Source: Squalus acanthias (Eukaryota). Taken from it: a stretch of DNA of 64,000 nt. The notes under the pieces are model-generated. The model searched no databases, had not been told where the DNA came from, and was given only the letters and a program-made list of their open reading frames with translations. This document shows, piece by piece, positions 24,998 to 38,047 of the stretch. A program made the translations under genes and the position numbers. The first letter of the stretch is position 1, and every line of letters starts with the position of its first letter. The DNA lies in contig CM059432.1 in the NCBI GenBank assembly GCA_030390025.1, positions 149,112,001 to 149,176,000 of the forward strand. Direction: 5' to 3'.

Positions 24998-26310
24998 CAG
25001 AGTCATAGAGTTATACAGCACAGAAAGAGGCCCTTCGGCCCATCGTGTCCACGCCGGCCATCAAGCCCTATCTATTCTAATCCCATTTTCCAGCACTTGG
25101 TCCGTAGCCTTGTATGCTATGGCATTTCAAGTGCTTATCTAAATGCTTCTTGAATGTTGTGAGGGTTCCTGCCTCTACCACCCTTTCAGGCAGAGTGTTC
25201 CAGATTCCAACCACCCTCTGGGTGAAAAAGTTTTTCCTCAAATCCCCTCTAAACCTCCTGCCCCTTACCTTGAAACTATGCCCCCTGGTTATTGACCCCT
25301 CTACTAAGGGGAAAAGTTCCTTTCTATCTACCCTATCTATGCCCCTCATAATTTTGTACACCTCAATCAGGTCCCCTCTCAGCCTTCTCTGCTCCAAGGA
25401 AAACAACCCCAGCCTGTCCAGTCTCTCTTCATAGCTGAAGCGCTCCAACCCAGGTAACATCCTGGTGAATCCCCTCTGCACCCTCTCCAATGCAATTACA
25501 TCCTTCCTATAGTGTGGCGACCAGAACTGCACACAGTATTCCAGCTGTGGCCTAACTAGCGTTTTGTACAGCTCCATCATAACCTCCCTGCTCTTGCCTT
25601 CATTAGCCGAGGCATAGAATATAAGTATCCCATATGCCTTTTTAACCACCTTATCTACCTGTCCTGCCTTCAGGGATCTATGGACATGCACACCAAGGTC
25701 CCTCTGATCCTCTGTCCTCCCTAGGATCCTACCATTCATTGTGTATTCCCTTGCCTTGTTAGTCCTCCCAAAATGCATCACCTCGCACTTTTCAGGGTTA
25801 AATTCCATTTGCCACTGTTCTGCCCATCTGACCAACCCGTCTATATAGTCCTGTAGCCTGAGGCGTCCCTCCTCGCTATTTACCACTCTACCAATTTTCG
25901 TGTCATCTGCGAATTTACTGATCATACCTCCTACATTCATATCTAAATCATTAATGTACACTACAAACAGCAAAGGGCCCAGCACCGATCCCTGCGGTAT
26001 GCCACTGGACACAGGCTTCTAGTCACAAAAACAACCTACGACCATCACCCTCTGCCTCCTGCCACTAAGCCAATTTTGGATCCAATGTGCCAAATTGCCC
26101 TGGATCCCATGGGCTCTTACCTTCTTGACCAGTTTCCCATGCGGGACTTTGTCAAAAGCCTTACTGAAGTCCATGTAGACTACATCAACTGCACTACCCT
26201 CATCCACACACCTAGTCACCCCCTCTCAAAATTCAATCAAATTGGTTAGACATGATCTCCCCCTGACAAAGCCATGCTGACTATCCTTGATTAATCCTTG
26301 CCTCTCCAAT
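24998..26310 (-). mobile_element. CR1 RT 3' half
   Basis: ORFs 26019-26219 and 25077-26012 (YMDFSKAFDKVPH, GIPQGSVLGP, KFADDTK), 3' UTR at about 25000-25070. Confidence 0.95.
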
Positions 26311-28494
26311 CCTCTTCCTCTCCCCTCTACCCCTATTCTCCCAAAGGTGTTGGTTCCTTGCTAGAGTATAATTCCATAGGTCCGGAGTGCCCTCTTGCAC
26401 ATCAGCCAAATGGCTGTCCTTTGTGTGAGGCTGAATGACGAATATCGGTAGGCTAATGAACCGCATATGGCACTTCAGCTGAACCTGATCCCCCTCCACA
26501 CGTGCGTCCAGCAGGGGTCATTGGCTGACGATCAAAAGTGAGACTCTCCTGTGTGTTTCTTTCTCTTAACTTCCTAACCCATGGGTACTGAGGCCAATTT
26601 TAGCACCCCATGTGCCCTCCTGCTAGCTTACTGTTGTACACAAATCTGATATTTTTGCTACAGCTTTCTTTAAAGACGCAGAAAGAAAGAGGATTGCTGT
26701 AATTTACCCACTCTGTCGCTATTTGTACCAGATCCTTTCTTGAGACAGCATTATTCATTGTAGGTTTGAAATCTTGATGTAATGATGCATTTTTTTGGTT
26801 AGGTTTTGCAGTTACTCCCTTTGCAAAGAAACAAGAAACCTTTGCAAGTTTTCCGACTCTTGTAACTTGCCAAGAGCAGACAAATAAGTTAGCAGCGTAG
26901 ACGGGTAAATTTGCAGAGATGGATTTTTAAAAGTACTTTGCAAGTTTAAGAGGAAATTTATTTCTAGCAGTGTATGGATACCCAGCTATCAACACAGTCC
27001 ATTTAGCTTCTTGGAATTGTGTCCAGTTTGCTCATTTCTAAAGATGAGAATCATTAATCTTTGGAAGGTACATAAATCTTTGGATGCAGATTTTATCCTT
27101 CCATGTGCACCCCCTATCGTGCCTATTGTACAGAGACATTATAATCCAGCGTCCCTAAATGCAATTGCGACTTCTGCACAAACAAACTTATATAATGTCT
27201 GTGTGTAGTGGTACCTTGCCATTCAACTACTCCTCTCAGACCATCTTAAATGCCATCGGCTTTGATGGAGAGAAAGACTGGCCTTGTTCCTAATATTAGG
27301 GAAATCTGATCTCTTAATATAACCCATAAATACATTTTCACGTTGTTAAGCCAGCTTTACCAAGATTTAATCTTCCCTATATTTAAGCATCATTTAATTG
27401 TTTTTAATTTTAATTTGGAGAAGCAATAAAGCAAGGTTTTTTTTTTTAAAAGCAGTAATGTCAACATTTCTGAACCAGTGAAGCATTTTCTGGATTTTCT
27501 CTCTTTTTCTCTCTCCTCACTTCTGAAGGCCGTAACCCTCCTAAGATGTCGCTCAAGTGGCCGTTATTCGTTTGTCAACCTGACCGATGAGTGTTGGGAG
27601 GCTGCTTGACCGTGGGTGGGGAGAGCATTACCGAGAGTTGAATCTTGGCCTCGCTCCACACCCACAACTGCAGACTTTCTAACGGGGATCTTTGGGCAGC
27701 AATTAGGTTGGGAATCCTTGGCTTCCTCCCGCGCCCTCCTTGCCCAGGAACACGGGGGTTCTGCCTGCCACTGCCTTGTAAGGGATAGACAAACTCCACA
27801 TTGTCCAGGAATGAATGCTGGAACTTCACTCTGGAACTTTCCTGGTCTGTACAACCCAGTAGCACACCATGCAGTGCACTTATCGACTGAGCAGCTGCTT
27901 ATAGTTTGTCAATTTGAAGCTGTCAAGTTGAAGAGCTTGACTTGGAAATCAAAAGTTCGGTAAAAGTAAAGTTTGTCCAGAATTCTGAAGTATTTTGAAT
28001 TACTGTATGTGGGTCCAAGCTTCATTCTGGTGATCTGAAATGAGTAAATAAAAGAAAGACTTGCATTTCTCCAGTGCCTTTCACGACCACCGGACGTCTC
28101 AAAGCGCTGTACAGCCAATGAAGTACTTTTTTTGAAGTGGAGTCACTTGTAATGTGGGAAAAGGTACCATTCTCAATATTTGGAAGTGCATCATGTGGTG
28201 TGATACTGAGCCTTCCAGGTTTGATCCCTGCACTAGCAGGCTCTGTATTCTGAGCCGAATGGAGGTATTGAATGGCTAACCCTATCTCAATGCATCTGTT
28301 CCATACTGGCTTTGTGAAAATGAAGAGGCTTGTAAACTAAGATTTTACAAATGGGCAACAGTTTTTCTCTCTGAAGTACCCCTCCCCTTTCCCAAGGAAA
28401 GCATATTTGCAAAAACAAATTCTCTTGTGAAGCAGTCTTGGTATTCAGCACCATCAAAGATATCAGTATCTGCGTTCAGATAACAGACGGTACC

Positions 28495-28760
28495 AATAAC
28501 TTGCATTTTTAAAGCACCTTTAATGTAGAAAAAAATATCCGAAGGTGTTGAGCCAAAGAAGGAGATATTGGAAGGAATGACCAAAAGTTTGGTTGATAAG
28601 GTGGGTTTTAGAAGGCCTTAAAAGAGGAGAGGGTGTTGGATTGGCAGAGGGATTTAGGGAGAGAATTCCAGAGCATGGGGTTCAGTTGGCTGAAGGCACG
28701 GATGTCATTGGTGGATGAAGCAGGTGGGGAGGGTGGGATGCATAAGACGACAGAGTGACA
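28495..28760 (-). mobile_element. Decayed L2 3' end
   Basis: Reverse complement of the 21590-21955 family (acttgcatttttaaagcacctttaatgtag; gagaattccagagc). Confidence 0.65.
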
Positions 28761-30477
28761 GCTAGTCAGACGCGTACCCATCTCTGGGGAGAGTCAGCTT
28801 GCTGAAGCTCATCCATTCAGTACTTAGAACCTTGTATAAATGCATTCTGCTGTATCATAAACTAACCAGGTTTTTTTGTTTAGACTATCCTGCCTAGCTA
28901 ATCATTCAAAGCTTTCGCATTCTTTGAGTAAAGCAGTTTTTCCTTCTTTCTAAATTTACTGTTTGCTATTGTGCAGTTATATCCTTTAGTCCTACTTTCT
29001 TAGATTCCTTCTGAAATAATCTAGGTTTATTTGTGCCATTGAATATTTGAAGTTTCCTCCCTTTAACTGCCAACTTGTTAGACTGTAAAACTCAGGCTTT
29101 TATTGTCTTTGCTCATTGCCAACCCTTTCAGAGCTGGGAATGGGTATATTCATTCACCCTTTCTTATAAATATACATCTTATTTATAACATTGTGACCAG
29201 AACTAAACACAGTGCTCTAAAGGCACTATTACATATTTTTCCAAAAACTGAAATAGACAGAAGATGCATGTTTTTCTCACCATTGGCTGCAGTTAGAAAT
29301 GTTTGACTTGTCTTATTCTGGATCGTACAGTTTGCTGCCAGGAATCACTGGCTCTGCTTCTGCCTGACATCTAATTGAGAACATTTCTGGGTGGCAGTGT
29401 ATACAAGGGAAGAGTATTCTGGGAGATGGGTTTGGATTCAATATCTCAAGATGATTAAATATGCTCTTGTGTATCTAACCAGTGCATTATAAAGCCATAA
29501 TATAACATCTGTAGACTTATAAATAGTGTTCTGGATATATTGTGTCCTACAATTCTGTTAGCTTTTTTTTTTGAACGACACGATATTACCTGAACATTAA
29601 AAGTGATGTGTTGACTATTACTCCCAAATTTCTTACCGAGTGTCTCTGTGTAATTCGGTACCAATTGCTGTATACTTATGACCCATATTCTTGACCTTTG
29701 TGTAATACTTTAGATTTTTCAGTGTTAAAATGAATTTGCTTAATGCTGTCTGTCTGCCAAATTGCATAACCAATCAATACAGTGAGCTTTGGTATCCAGA
29801 GCATTTATATAGTTAAAACACGTTCAAGCACTGACAGTTGTGGCATTCCACTCAACGCCTCTCCTAGGCTAACACTACAGCTCTTGCTTCCTATTTTGTT
29901 AATGTCAGTAAGACTACAACCTCCACATTTAAAGGTGAAGTAATATATTTTCTAATTGAATTCTGAGCATTGTAAACGGAGATACCTGCACACTTCACGT
30001 GTCTCAGCCCCCTCTTGTTTTCCTGGTGTGTGTCTTAATCCTAATAGACATAGGCAACTTGGAAGCCTGTATTTTGTGTAGAACTTCTCCCTGCTTCCCT
30101 AAACGGTGACATCGCGATCTATTGCAGTAATGGTATGAATGATGACAATGAACTGTGGGTTGCAGTGATCATTCATGATCTCACAAAAACAATGGATTGG
30201 GCGAAAATGCAAAGTAGTTCAGTTTGATCAGCCCTGCTGGCAGTGTTCCTGATTTCAAATCGCTGTGCTGAAATCCCCGCTGTTGCTGCGGCTCTGAAGT
30301 CCTTCCCCTTGTAAAGCTGCGTGGATTGTATAAAATTTAATACATCAGTCACAGTTGACAGTGGTATAGTTGGAATTCTGCAGTTGAAAGCTAAAGTATG
30401 GGGGATAGAGTTTCTGCTTTGGGCGCAGTTGCTGCTTCCAGTGCAAATTGTGCCCAAAATTGCGCACATTTTGAGAA

Positions 30478-30955
30478 GTCTGCATCGGCTCTTCTCAAAG
30501 AGCAATCCAGTTAGTCCCACTCCCCGCTCTTTCCCCATATCCCTGCAATTTTTTCTCCTTCAAGTATTTATCCAATTCCCTTTATGAAGGCTACTATTGA
30601 ATCTGTATCCACCACCCTATCAGGCAGTGCATTCCAAATCCTAACCACTCGTTGCGTAAAAAAGTCTTTCCTCTTGTCGCCTCATGTAGAATTGGGTCGA
30701 TTCGCAGAGGCTTCAATTTTCCTTTATTTTGCCAGTCACCTTAAATCTGAGCCCTCTGGTTATTGACCCTTCAGCCATTGGAAACAGTTTTTCTTTATTT
30801 ACCCCATCTAAATCCTTCATGATTTTGAACACCTCTATTAAATCTCCTCTTGGCCTTCTTTGCTCTAAGGAGAACAATCCCAGCTTCTCCAGTCTATCCA
30901 CCTAACTATCATCCCTCATACCATTCTAGTAAATCTCTTCTGTACCCTCTCTAAA
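30478..30955 (-). mobile_element. CR1 3' fragment
   Basis: DRLEKLGLFSLEQRRPRGDLIEVFKIMK on the minus strand. Confidence 0.88.
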
Positions 30956-32439
30956 GCTGTTTATAAAGAACTATGAACTCTTGTGTGAAAAGTATGCAGA
31001 AAGAACCTGTTTTTCCAGGTTTAGGAATCCATTAAAATGATTACTATCTAGACAGTGGTGTTGTGCGTGCAATATATAAGCATGGAGTTTCCACCAGCGG
31101 TGTGATCGATGAAGTGCGCTGGACATTGCACCACTTTTACCGAGGTGAAATTACGCTGAAGTTGCTGTGCAAACTAATTAGCATAAGCCCGAAAATAAAA
31201 TCTCGCATGAGTCAGTGCCACCAAACAGCAAAATTGATCGAAATTGAATGGTGACTGGAACAGGGCATTCCTCTGGATCACACAGGAGTGGGATTGCCAT
31301 GAAATGAGCCGTTCTTCAACTGACTGATTTAATGCTCTTGGTCTTACTTTTGAATTGGCTTCAATTGACAGGTTACTGCTGTTTTCAATTAACTCATTAC
31401 TGTAGTAGCACAGCACAGGACACCTCTGTGTGGTTCAATTAACTGCTGGTCTCAGGTCTTGTGCACTAGATCAATTGACTAAATTTAAACTAATTTCAAC
31501 TGACGTTAAAGTAATTGCAGTAGGAGAAACCTGGGCCAGGCTGCAATTGACTGCTGGTCACTGCAGGTACAGATGATTAGCACTGGATTTGTGTGACCAC
31601 AGGTGCCTGTGCACCCGAGAATCTAGGTGCAATGTGCTGTACACCCCCCAAACAGATGCGGTCGGCGGAAGCTTGCTATTCGGACCCGGTGGCATGGCCA
31701 ATGTTGTGGGCAGGGACTGCTTCGGGCGAAAGGATTTTTGAATCGGCGTAAAAGATCGTGGATATTCCAGTGCAAAGTGATTGAGTGCAGCTCACTTCCG
31801 TTTAAAACTCTGTCCTCTTTAGTGCTATTTCATTCGATTCCGCTCAGATTATGCTGATATCGGAGAGGAAATCATGCAGAAACTCCAGCCCACAGTTCAC
31901 TGTGCCACTCTCTTGTGCTGTCCAATAGGTGCGTGTGTAAATTTGACATCATGTGGAATGCACCTTGCTCCTGCAAACCCTGGCGTTCAGTTCTCCATTT
32001 TCTCTCATTAATTTCCTAATGCCTGTGTTCTATCACCTGGTTGCCGCAAGTTAAACAATGCTGCATCAGTTGGAGGGGTCAAGTCACATTGGTTGCCCGT
32101 ACTATCTCATGAGTGGCAGCATGCATTCTGTTTTATAGCTGGTGTGCATCACAGCTGTACAAACATGACTAACTGGCCAATTGGTCTGTCATTTTGTGTA
32201 TGTCAATCTGTTTTTCCATTGTAAACTTTGATTTAACAACCAACTAAATCTTTGTTTTAACATTTCAAGCCTGTTTGAAACTAAAAATTAGTATATTCTA
32301 CTTTGTATACCGAAATTCAAATTTGGATTCGCCTTTTTGATGGTTGGTTGTCATGAAAATATCTTTTACCTCCCGGATTGTTTAAAGCTGCACTTTTCCT
32401 TAGGATGTGGGCTACCTTGTCGCTTTGCTGAAAGCTGAA

Positions 32440-32590
32440 GGGCAATGTCCCCCGACAGCCGCACTGCCTCCTGCGCGGCCTGCCACCCCAATGCGCGGCC
32501 CATTCAAATTTATGCGCATGCGCAGTACCTACGATATAAAAGCCGGTGAGTGGCCTGCACGGGACCTTGCAAGTGACTGCGCAGCTTAGT
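32440..32590 (+). promoter_or_regulatory. Small CpG-rich patch with CCAAT, NRF1-type palindrome and TATA-like motif (candidate internal promoter or enhancer)
   Basis: ccaat 32488-32492, TGCGCATGCGCA 32513-32524, tataaaag 32535-32542, gtgagt 32546-32551; about 1.5 kb upstream of exon 34044. Confidence 0.4.
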
Positions 32591-33074
32591 GGGAACATTG
32601 CTGAAGGGTTAGTTTTGCAAGGCCCCACTACAAGTTCAGAGAATCAGGGCAGTAACACTGTAACCCAATATTTGACCAGCGCTCAAATCTAGCGGAATTC
32701 CATGCTTGCAGCAGAGCCTAACCCTTTCAAAATTACTCCTTAAATAACCCGCAATTTCTAACCCAAAAATAATCGTGCAGGTTGTGAAGAATATTTTCCC
32801 CAACTTGGCTAGTTGTCTGCTTTTAATCTGCACTGTGAGATGCATGTCCACACTGTATCCATTCCCATGGTTAACTTCAGACTCAAAGCTGTTGAGATGG
32901 GAATACAAGTGCTCGGAATTCCTTTTTCAGTGCACCGTCTGTCTACTGTGGGTTATTTCCTCATAGTACATTGTAATATTTTCACAATTTTAGTGAAGTT
33001 GGCCAACACCCAACCAGCATTAGTGATTACTCTTAATATTATTAACCAGGGAACCCCTAGTAGTTCAAGGGATT

Positions 33075-33278
33075 ATTTTTCCCAGAGACTTGAACATTTA
33101 TCTAGGATGACACTTCAGTGCAATTCTGAGCGAGTGCTGCACTGTCTGAGGCGCAATCTTTGACATGAGACGAGATCCAATGGCACTATTTGAAGAAGAG
33201 CAGGGGAGTTTTCCCCAGTGCTGTGGCCAATCCTTCAATCAACATCACCAAAAACAGATTCTCATTGCTATTTGTGGG
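33075..33278 (+). mobile_element. Deu-SINE-like (SacSINE1-type) fragment
   Basis: gacacttcagtgca..ctgag..agtgctgcactgtc, gatcc.atggcactatttgaagaagagcagggga; shares caatcaacat..caaaaacagatt with 37838-38047. Confidence 0.65.
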
Positions 33279-33612
33279 AACATAGGAACAGGAGTCGGCC
33301 ATTCAGGCCCTCGAGCCTGCTTCGCCATTTTATTAGATCATGGCTGATATGTTCCTCAGCTCGATTTACCCACTTTTGATCCATATCCTTTGATAGCCTT
33401 GCCTAATGAAAATCTATCGCGCTCTGTCTTTAAAATTTCAATTGACCCAGCATCCACAGCCTTTTTCGGGGTGGGGTGTGTGGTGAGGAGAAGAGTTCCA
33501 CGTTTCCATTATCCTTTGTTTAGAAAAAATGCTTCCTGTTTCACTCCTGAATGGGCTAGCTTTAATTTTAAAATTATGCCCTCTTACTCTGGATTCCCCC
33601 ACCAGAGGAAAT
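33279..33612 (-). mobile_element. CR1 3' fragment
   Basis: FPLVGESRVRGHNFKIK; 3' motif ggaacaggagtcggccattcaggccctcgagcctgc. Confidence 0.85.
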
Positions 33613-34043
33613 CTATGCAAGAAGCTCTTGTGCATCAAAGCAGTCCTTTGTCTCTTTTACTATGCTATAGTTGTTTCCAGAAGTTAACCAAGAATAATAC
33701 CAAATTGAAGATCTGAATTAGTTGAGGAAAAATACTTGACTCCTCGAAATGCTGCATTGTTTATTGCATTTCAGTCTTCAGGCATTATAATTCTGAGGAG
33801 TGATGGCCAGGTATAAATGAGTCATATATTGTTTTATAGGAAAAGTTAAGAATCGAAAGTCTGCTGTGAAATTTTAGACACTCTGGGACGGTTTTCAGTG
33901 TGAATAGATTTTTAGTTGTGTAATGTAAAACACTTTAATTGTGCTAACTTTTATTTTCCCCGTGTTTGGTTACTTTTGTAGCCTACTTTTTTTTATACCA
34001 CTGAGTAGTGCAGAGCTAACTCATTTTTTGTTTACTTTTGCAG

Positions 34044-34130
34044 GCAGAGGCCAGGCTTGCGGCCAAGCGGGCAGCCCGAGCAGAGGCACGAGATATCCGT
34101 ATGAAAGAACTGGAGCGGCAGCAGAAAGAG
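34044..34130 (+). CDS. LRRFIP2: LRRFIP2 internal coding exon (N-terminal conserved helix) [29 protein letters not shown]
   Basis: Polypyrimidine tract ttttttgtttacttttgcag acceptor and gtgaga donor; 87 nt, phase 0-0; peptide is the LRRFIP1/2 signature exon (human LRRFIP2 recalled as [29 protein letters not shown]). Confidence 0.96.
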
Positions 34131-34923
34131 GTGAGAGCAAATCCAGTCTAGCATGGAAAGGCGTGGTTTCTGAATGCTGGAGGAAAAAACGGATGTGATG
34201 AGTCATGAAAATGGGTGTGTACACAGCCAGTCACATCCAGTCGAAGTTGAAGCACTGTTGCTGTGAGACGGTGAAGACTGTTTAAGCCAGATCTGCAAGC
34301 TCAGACACAGGACCTTGCTTGCTTCTGCAGGAAAATTCAGTACTGTGAGCTGCAGAGAAAGCTATTATCATTCATGTCTATAATAAGTCTTTCCACTCTT
34401 CTTATTTATAGTAGCAAAGGTGAGGTTAATGTAGATCGGAGATGCCAGGTGCAGCTTTGGACTTTGCTTTCCCACCTCTATGGGTGGTAGGAAACACAAA
34501 GTTAGCTGTGGCTTCTGGCTGCCAGAGGCCCTTCTGTGCATTTCCACAATTGTTCCATCGCTTACCAGTTTGTCGCCAACTCAACAACACTAGAAAAATG
34601 CAGCAGAGAGAGGGAATCATTTAAAATTTAAACCTGTGCATATGTTTCATTTTAACGCTTTTTTTCTGCCACAACTTTGCACAGCTACTGAGAAGGCGCA
34701 ATACTGTAAGTGCTGGTTAAAGTGCTACACGACCATCATGGAGACCAGCGGGAAGGTTTTGGGCAGTGCTTCTGAGTGGTTGCTTTCTCCCTCTTTGTGA
34801 AACCTTTTGGCATTATAAACTGTCGATAACGCCTCAACATGAAGGCCATATGCTGTTTCTAAATTAGTTTGTTTTAGTCTGTACATGTGATACAAAATGT
34901 CACAATGCATAGTGCTCTATCTT

Positions 34924-35021
34924 AAATAGCAACAGAAAACGCTGGAAAACTCAGCAGGTCAGGCAACATCCGTGGAGAGAGAAACAGAGTTAACGTTTCA
35001 GGTCGAAGACCTTTCATCAGA
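34924..35021 (-). mobile_element. Solo Penelope terminal-repeat insertion with hammerhead motif
   Basis: Minus strand ctgatga-a-aggtc-ttc-gacct-gaaacgttaac; 13-bp TSD agtgctctatctt at 34911-34923 and 35022-35034. Confidence 0.87.
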
Positions 35022-35174
35022 AGTGCTCTATCTTGTTGGGCAGTGCCTCCAAGTCTTTTTTTATAAAAGGTCTCATTTTATAAACGGCAGAAAACTTTAC
35101 GTGGGATATTCCTGGCATCAGCCATCAAAAAGATGACTTTGGATATTTTTAACTGAGTGTCACTTCTCATGGTA

Positions 35175-35593
35175 CAGGAAACTTTCGTTTATCCGGCACC
35201 CAAATATCCGGAATTCTCGCTTAACCGGCAAAAATCATCCTCCGAAAACTCCTCTCAAATAACCGGCAATGTTGCCGAGTCGCAGTCGAGTCTCCGCGAA
35301 CGCCGAGTGCTCCGAAAACTCCTCTCAAATAACCGGCAATGTTGCCGATCCCGAGTCCGAGTCCGCGAACGCCGATTTAGTCAGTAGGGGTACTTTTCAA
35401 AAGTGCCACTACTCGGCCTCCTGGCGCTGTCGGAAGTCCGAAACACTGCAGTAGCAGGAGTTGATTCTCCCGCGCTGCCTGGAGTCTCTTTGTTAAAAAT
35501 AGCCTCGGTAGATATAACTCTCCGTTATCCGGTACTTTCGATAAACCGGCACCACGCCGGTCCCGTCGATGCCGGATAAACGAAAGTTTCCTG
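35175..35593. mobile_element. Young Tc1/mariner (pogo/Tigger-like) MITE
   Basis: Perfect 24-bp TIR caggaaactttcgtttatccggca / tgccggataaacgaaagtttcctg, TA on both flanks; internal direct duplication starting about 35241 and 35310. Confidence 0.92.
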
Positions 35594-35639
35594 TACATTG
35601 TTGGTGATGCATTCACCAAGGGAATCCTTTTGGAGAACA

Positions 35640-36029
35640 ATAGCAAAATACTGCGGATGCTGGAAATCTGAAATAACAACAGAAAATGCTGGAAATACTC
35701 AGCAGGCCAGGCAGCATCCGTGGAGAGAGAAACAGAGTTAACGTTTCAGGTCTGGGACCTTCATCAGAACTGGAAAAAGCTGGACATGTAACATATTAAG
35801 CAGGTGCAGAGACAGCGGGGGAAGCGGGGGGCGGGGTTTAGGAGGGGAGGAAGGAATTGAAAGAATATACTGTGCTTATGTAAGAGGCAGGAAAGATAAA
35901 ATGTTGCAAATGGGAATGGCAAAAATCATACAGCATGAAAAATGGGGTCAGGGATTATTGTCTGAAATTGTTGAACTCGATGTTGAGTCCAGAAGGTTGT
36001 AAAGTGCCGAATCGAAAGATGAGGTGCTG
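35640..36029 (-). mobile_element. 5'-truncated Penelope element (endonuclease tail, 3' UTR, hammerhead repeat)
   Basis: QHLIFRFGTLQPSGLNIEFNNFRQ* on the minus strand; canonical ctgatga-aggtc-cca-gacct-gaaacgttaac at 35737-35767; 10-bp TSD ttggagaaca at 35630-35639 and 36030-36039. Confidence 0.9.
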
Positions 36030-36694
36030 TTGGAGAACAGTTGCACGTAGTATAGAGGGAACAGGCTTGATAGGTTGAATGAATGACCTATTTCTCCTTT
36101 CATACTTACGTTCTTTGTCTCTTGTTGGGGTACATTGCAAAGAGTATGTACGGTATAATTCCACCTCCTCAAAATCTACTTATAAGTCTGACTGGCATAT
36201 CTTAAGCAACAGAATTTTGCGGCTTGTGTCTAAAGTCAATTGTACTTTTTCCTTTTCATATTTTACTATGTATAGTAGCTATAGAACTTTAGATCACTGT
36301 TACAACTGATTATTTTTCCTTTTGTGGTTAAGTGAACGGTGTTCACTTGTATCTATTTATTTGCACTGTTAATTGAGGTTTCTGTATGTAGATATTTATA
36401 TAGTTTCTTCCAGCTGGGACCACAATAATCTGACTGGCTGTTCATTTCCTGATAGCTTGCATTCAGTTAAATGTTTACCCATCAATTGCATTATCCAGGT
36501 GCTCTTTCTGGCCAACTTCCATGCTCAGAGTTAAATGCTTGTTAACTTTTATCACTTGATGTTAGTGACACACTGATGCAAGTAAATTCACCAAAATTCA
36601 GCTGCTCATTTCATGAAGATGACCATGGATAGCCGGTATCCTGCTGACCCTTACAAGGATGCTCAGCTTTTTATAGAAATTTCCAGTTGCTGTT

Positions 36695-37502
36695 GACATG
36701 CACAAATACTCAACTACTCAATTGGGGCAGGAGAGGTCATTCACTTTGGTTCTCAGAAAAACAAATTGGAATATTTTCTTAAATGGTGAGAGACTCGAAG
36801 CTACAGAGGAGATAAGGGATGTGGGTGTCCATGTGCACAGATCACTAAAAGCTCGTGCACAGGTACAAAATGTAATCTAAAAGCCTAATGGAGTGTTGGC
36901 CTTAATCTCAAGGGGGGTTGGAATTCAATGGGGAGAAAGTGGTGCGTCAGTTGTACAGAGCCTTGGTCAGAGCCCATCTGGATACTGCGCTCAGTTTTGG
37001 GCACTGCACCTCAGGAAGGATATGTTGGCCTTGGAGCGGGGACAGCATAGATTCACCAGAATGATACTGGGATCTACAGGGTTAAAATATGATAGGTTGC
37101 ATAAACTTAACTTGTAATTCCTCGAGTTTAGAAGGTTGGCAGATGACCTAAATTTTGAATTGATAAAGGGATTCAATATGATAGATACAGAGAAAATGTT
37201 CTTTTTGGTAAGGGAATAGAGAACAAGGGGCATCATCTTCAAATTAGATCTAGGCTATTTCGGAGTGAAATCGCAAAGCATTTGTTCACACAAAGGGTAG
37301 TGAAAATCTGGAACTCCCTCCCCCAAAAAGCTGTGGATGTTGATTCAATTGAAATTTTCACTACCAAGATTGACTGTTTAGGTAAGGGTATCAGGATATG
37401 GAGCAAAGGTGGGTAAATGGAGTTGAAGTATAGATCAGCCATGATCTAATTGAATGATGGAACAGGCTTGAAGGGCTGAATGGTGTACTCCTGTTTCTAT
37501 GT
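36695..37502 (+). mobile_element. Decayed CR1 3' fragment
   Basis: RDVGVHVHRSLK, YCAQFWALHLRKD, 3' UTR gatcagccatgatctaattgaatg. Confidence 0.85.
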
Positions 37503-37837
37503 CTTTAGGATATAGGAAATAATTGCTCACTATACATTGAATTCAGTGAGGTTGCAGAGTCACAAGATAGCTTTTTTTGCGACCCCAGCCTGTTAATACT
37601 TAGACCAACTGTACTGCCCCTACTGCTGCCATGGTCAGGCTATTTAACTCTGCACACACCAGGCATTGAATCTGTGGGACAGGATAGTGGTGTGTGGGAC
37701 CTGTGGGAGCCCCTGTAAAAAGTCATCATGTTTGCATTGCTGGCACATCTGGGGTGGCATCAGTTTATAAAAAAAATAAATAAAAAAAAAAATATGAATC
37801 TTACTTCCCTACATTTCAAACTATTATCCTTTCAGTT

Positions 37838-38047
37838 GGTGTCTTGGCCAATATTTATCCCTCAATCAACATAACAAAAACAGATTATCTGGTCATTATC
37901 ACATTGTTGTTTGTGGGAGCTTGCTGCCACGTTTCCCACATTGCAGCAGTGACAACACTCCAAAAGTACTTCATTGGCTGTAAAGCGCTTTGAGACTTCT
38001 GGTGGTTGTGAAAGGTGCTATATAAATGCAAGTCTTTCTTTCTTTTT
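37838..38047 (+). mobile_element. Deu-SINE-like (SacSINE1-type) 3' part with L2-type tail
   Basis: ggccaatatttatccctcaatcaac...aaaagtacttcattggctgtaaagcgctttgagac...gctatataaatgcaagtctttc; reverse-complement tail also at about 28050-28165. Confidence 0.7.

Noticed and set aside
4700..34000. LRRFIP2 start exon (MGTP..GRKR..AEDEAL..IARE)
   Set aside because: Not found by eye; probably upstream of the window, though a miss cannot be excluded
33941..34224. ORF-track calls overlapping exon 34044
   Set aside because: Wrong frame or strand; the real coding frame is the spliced AEARL exon
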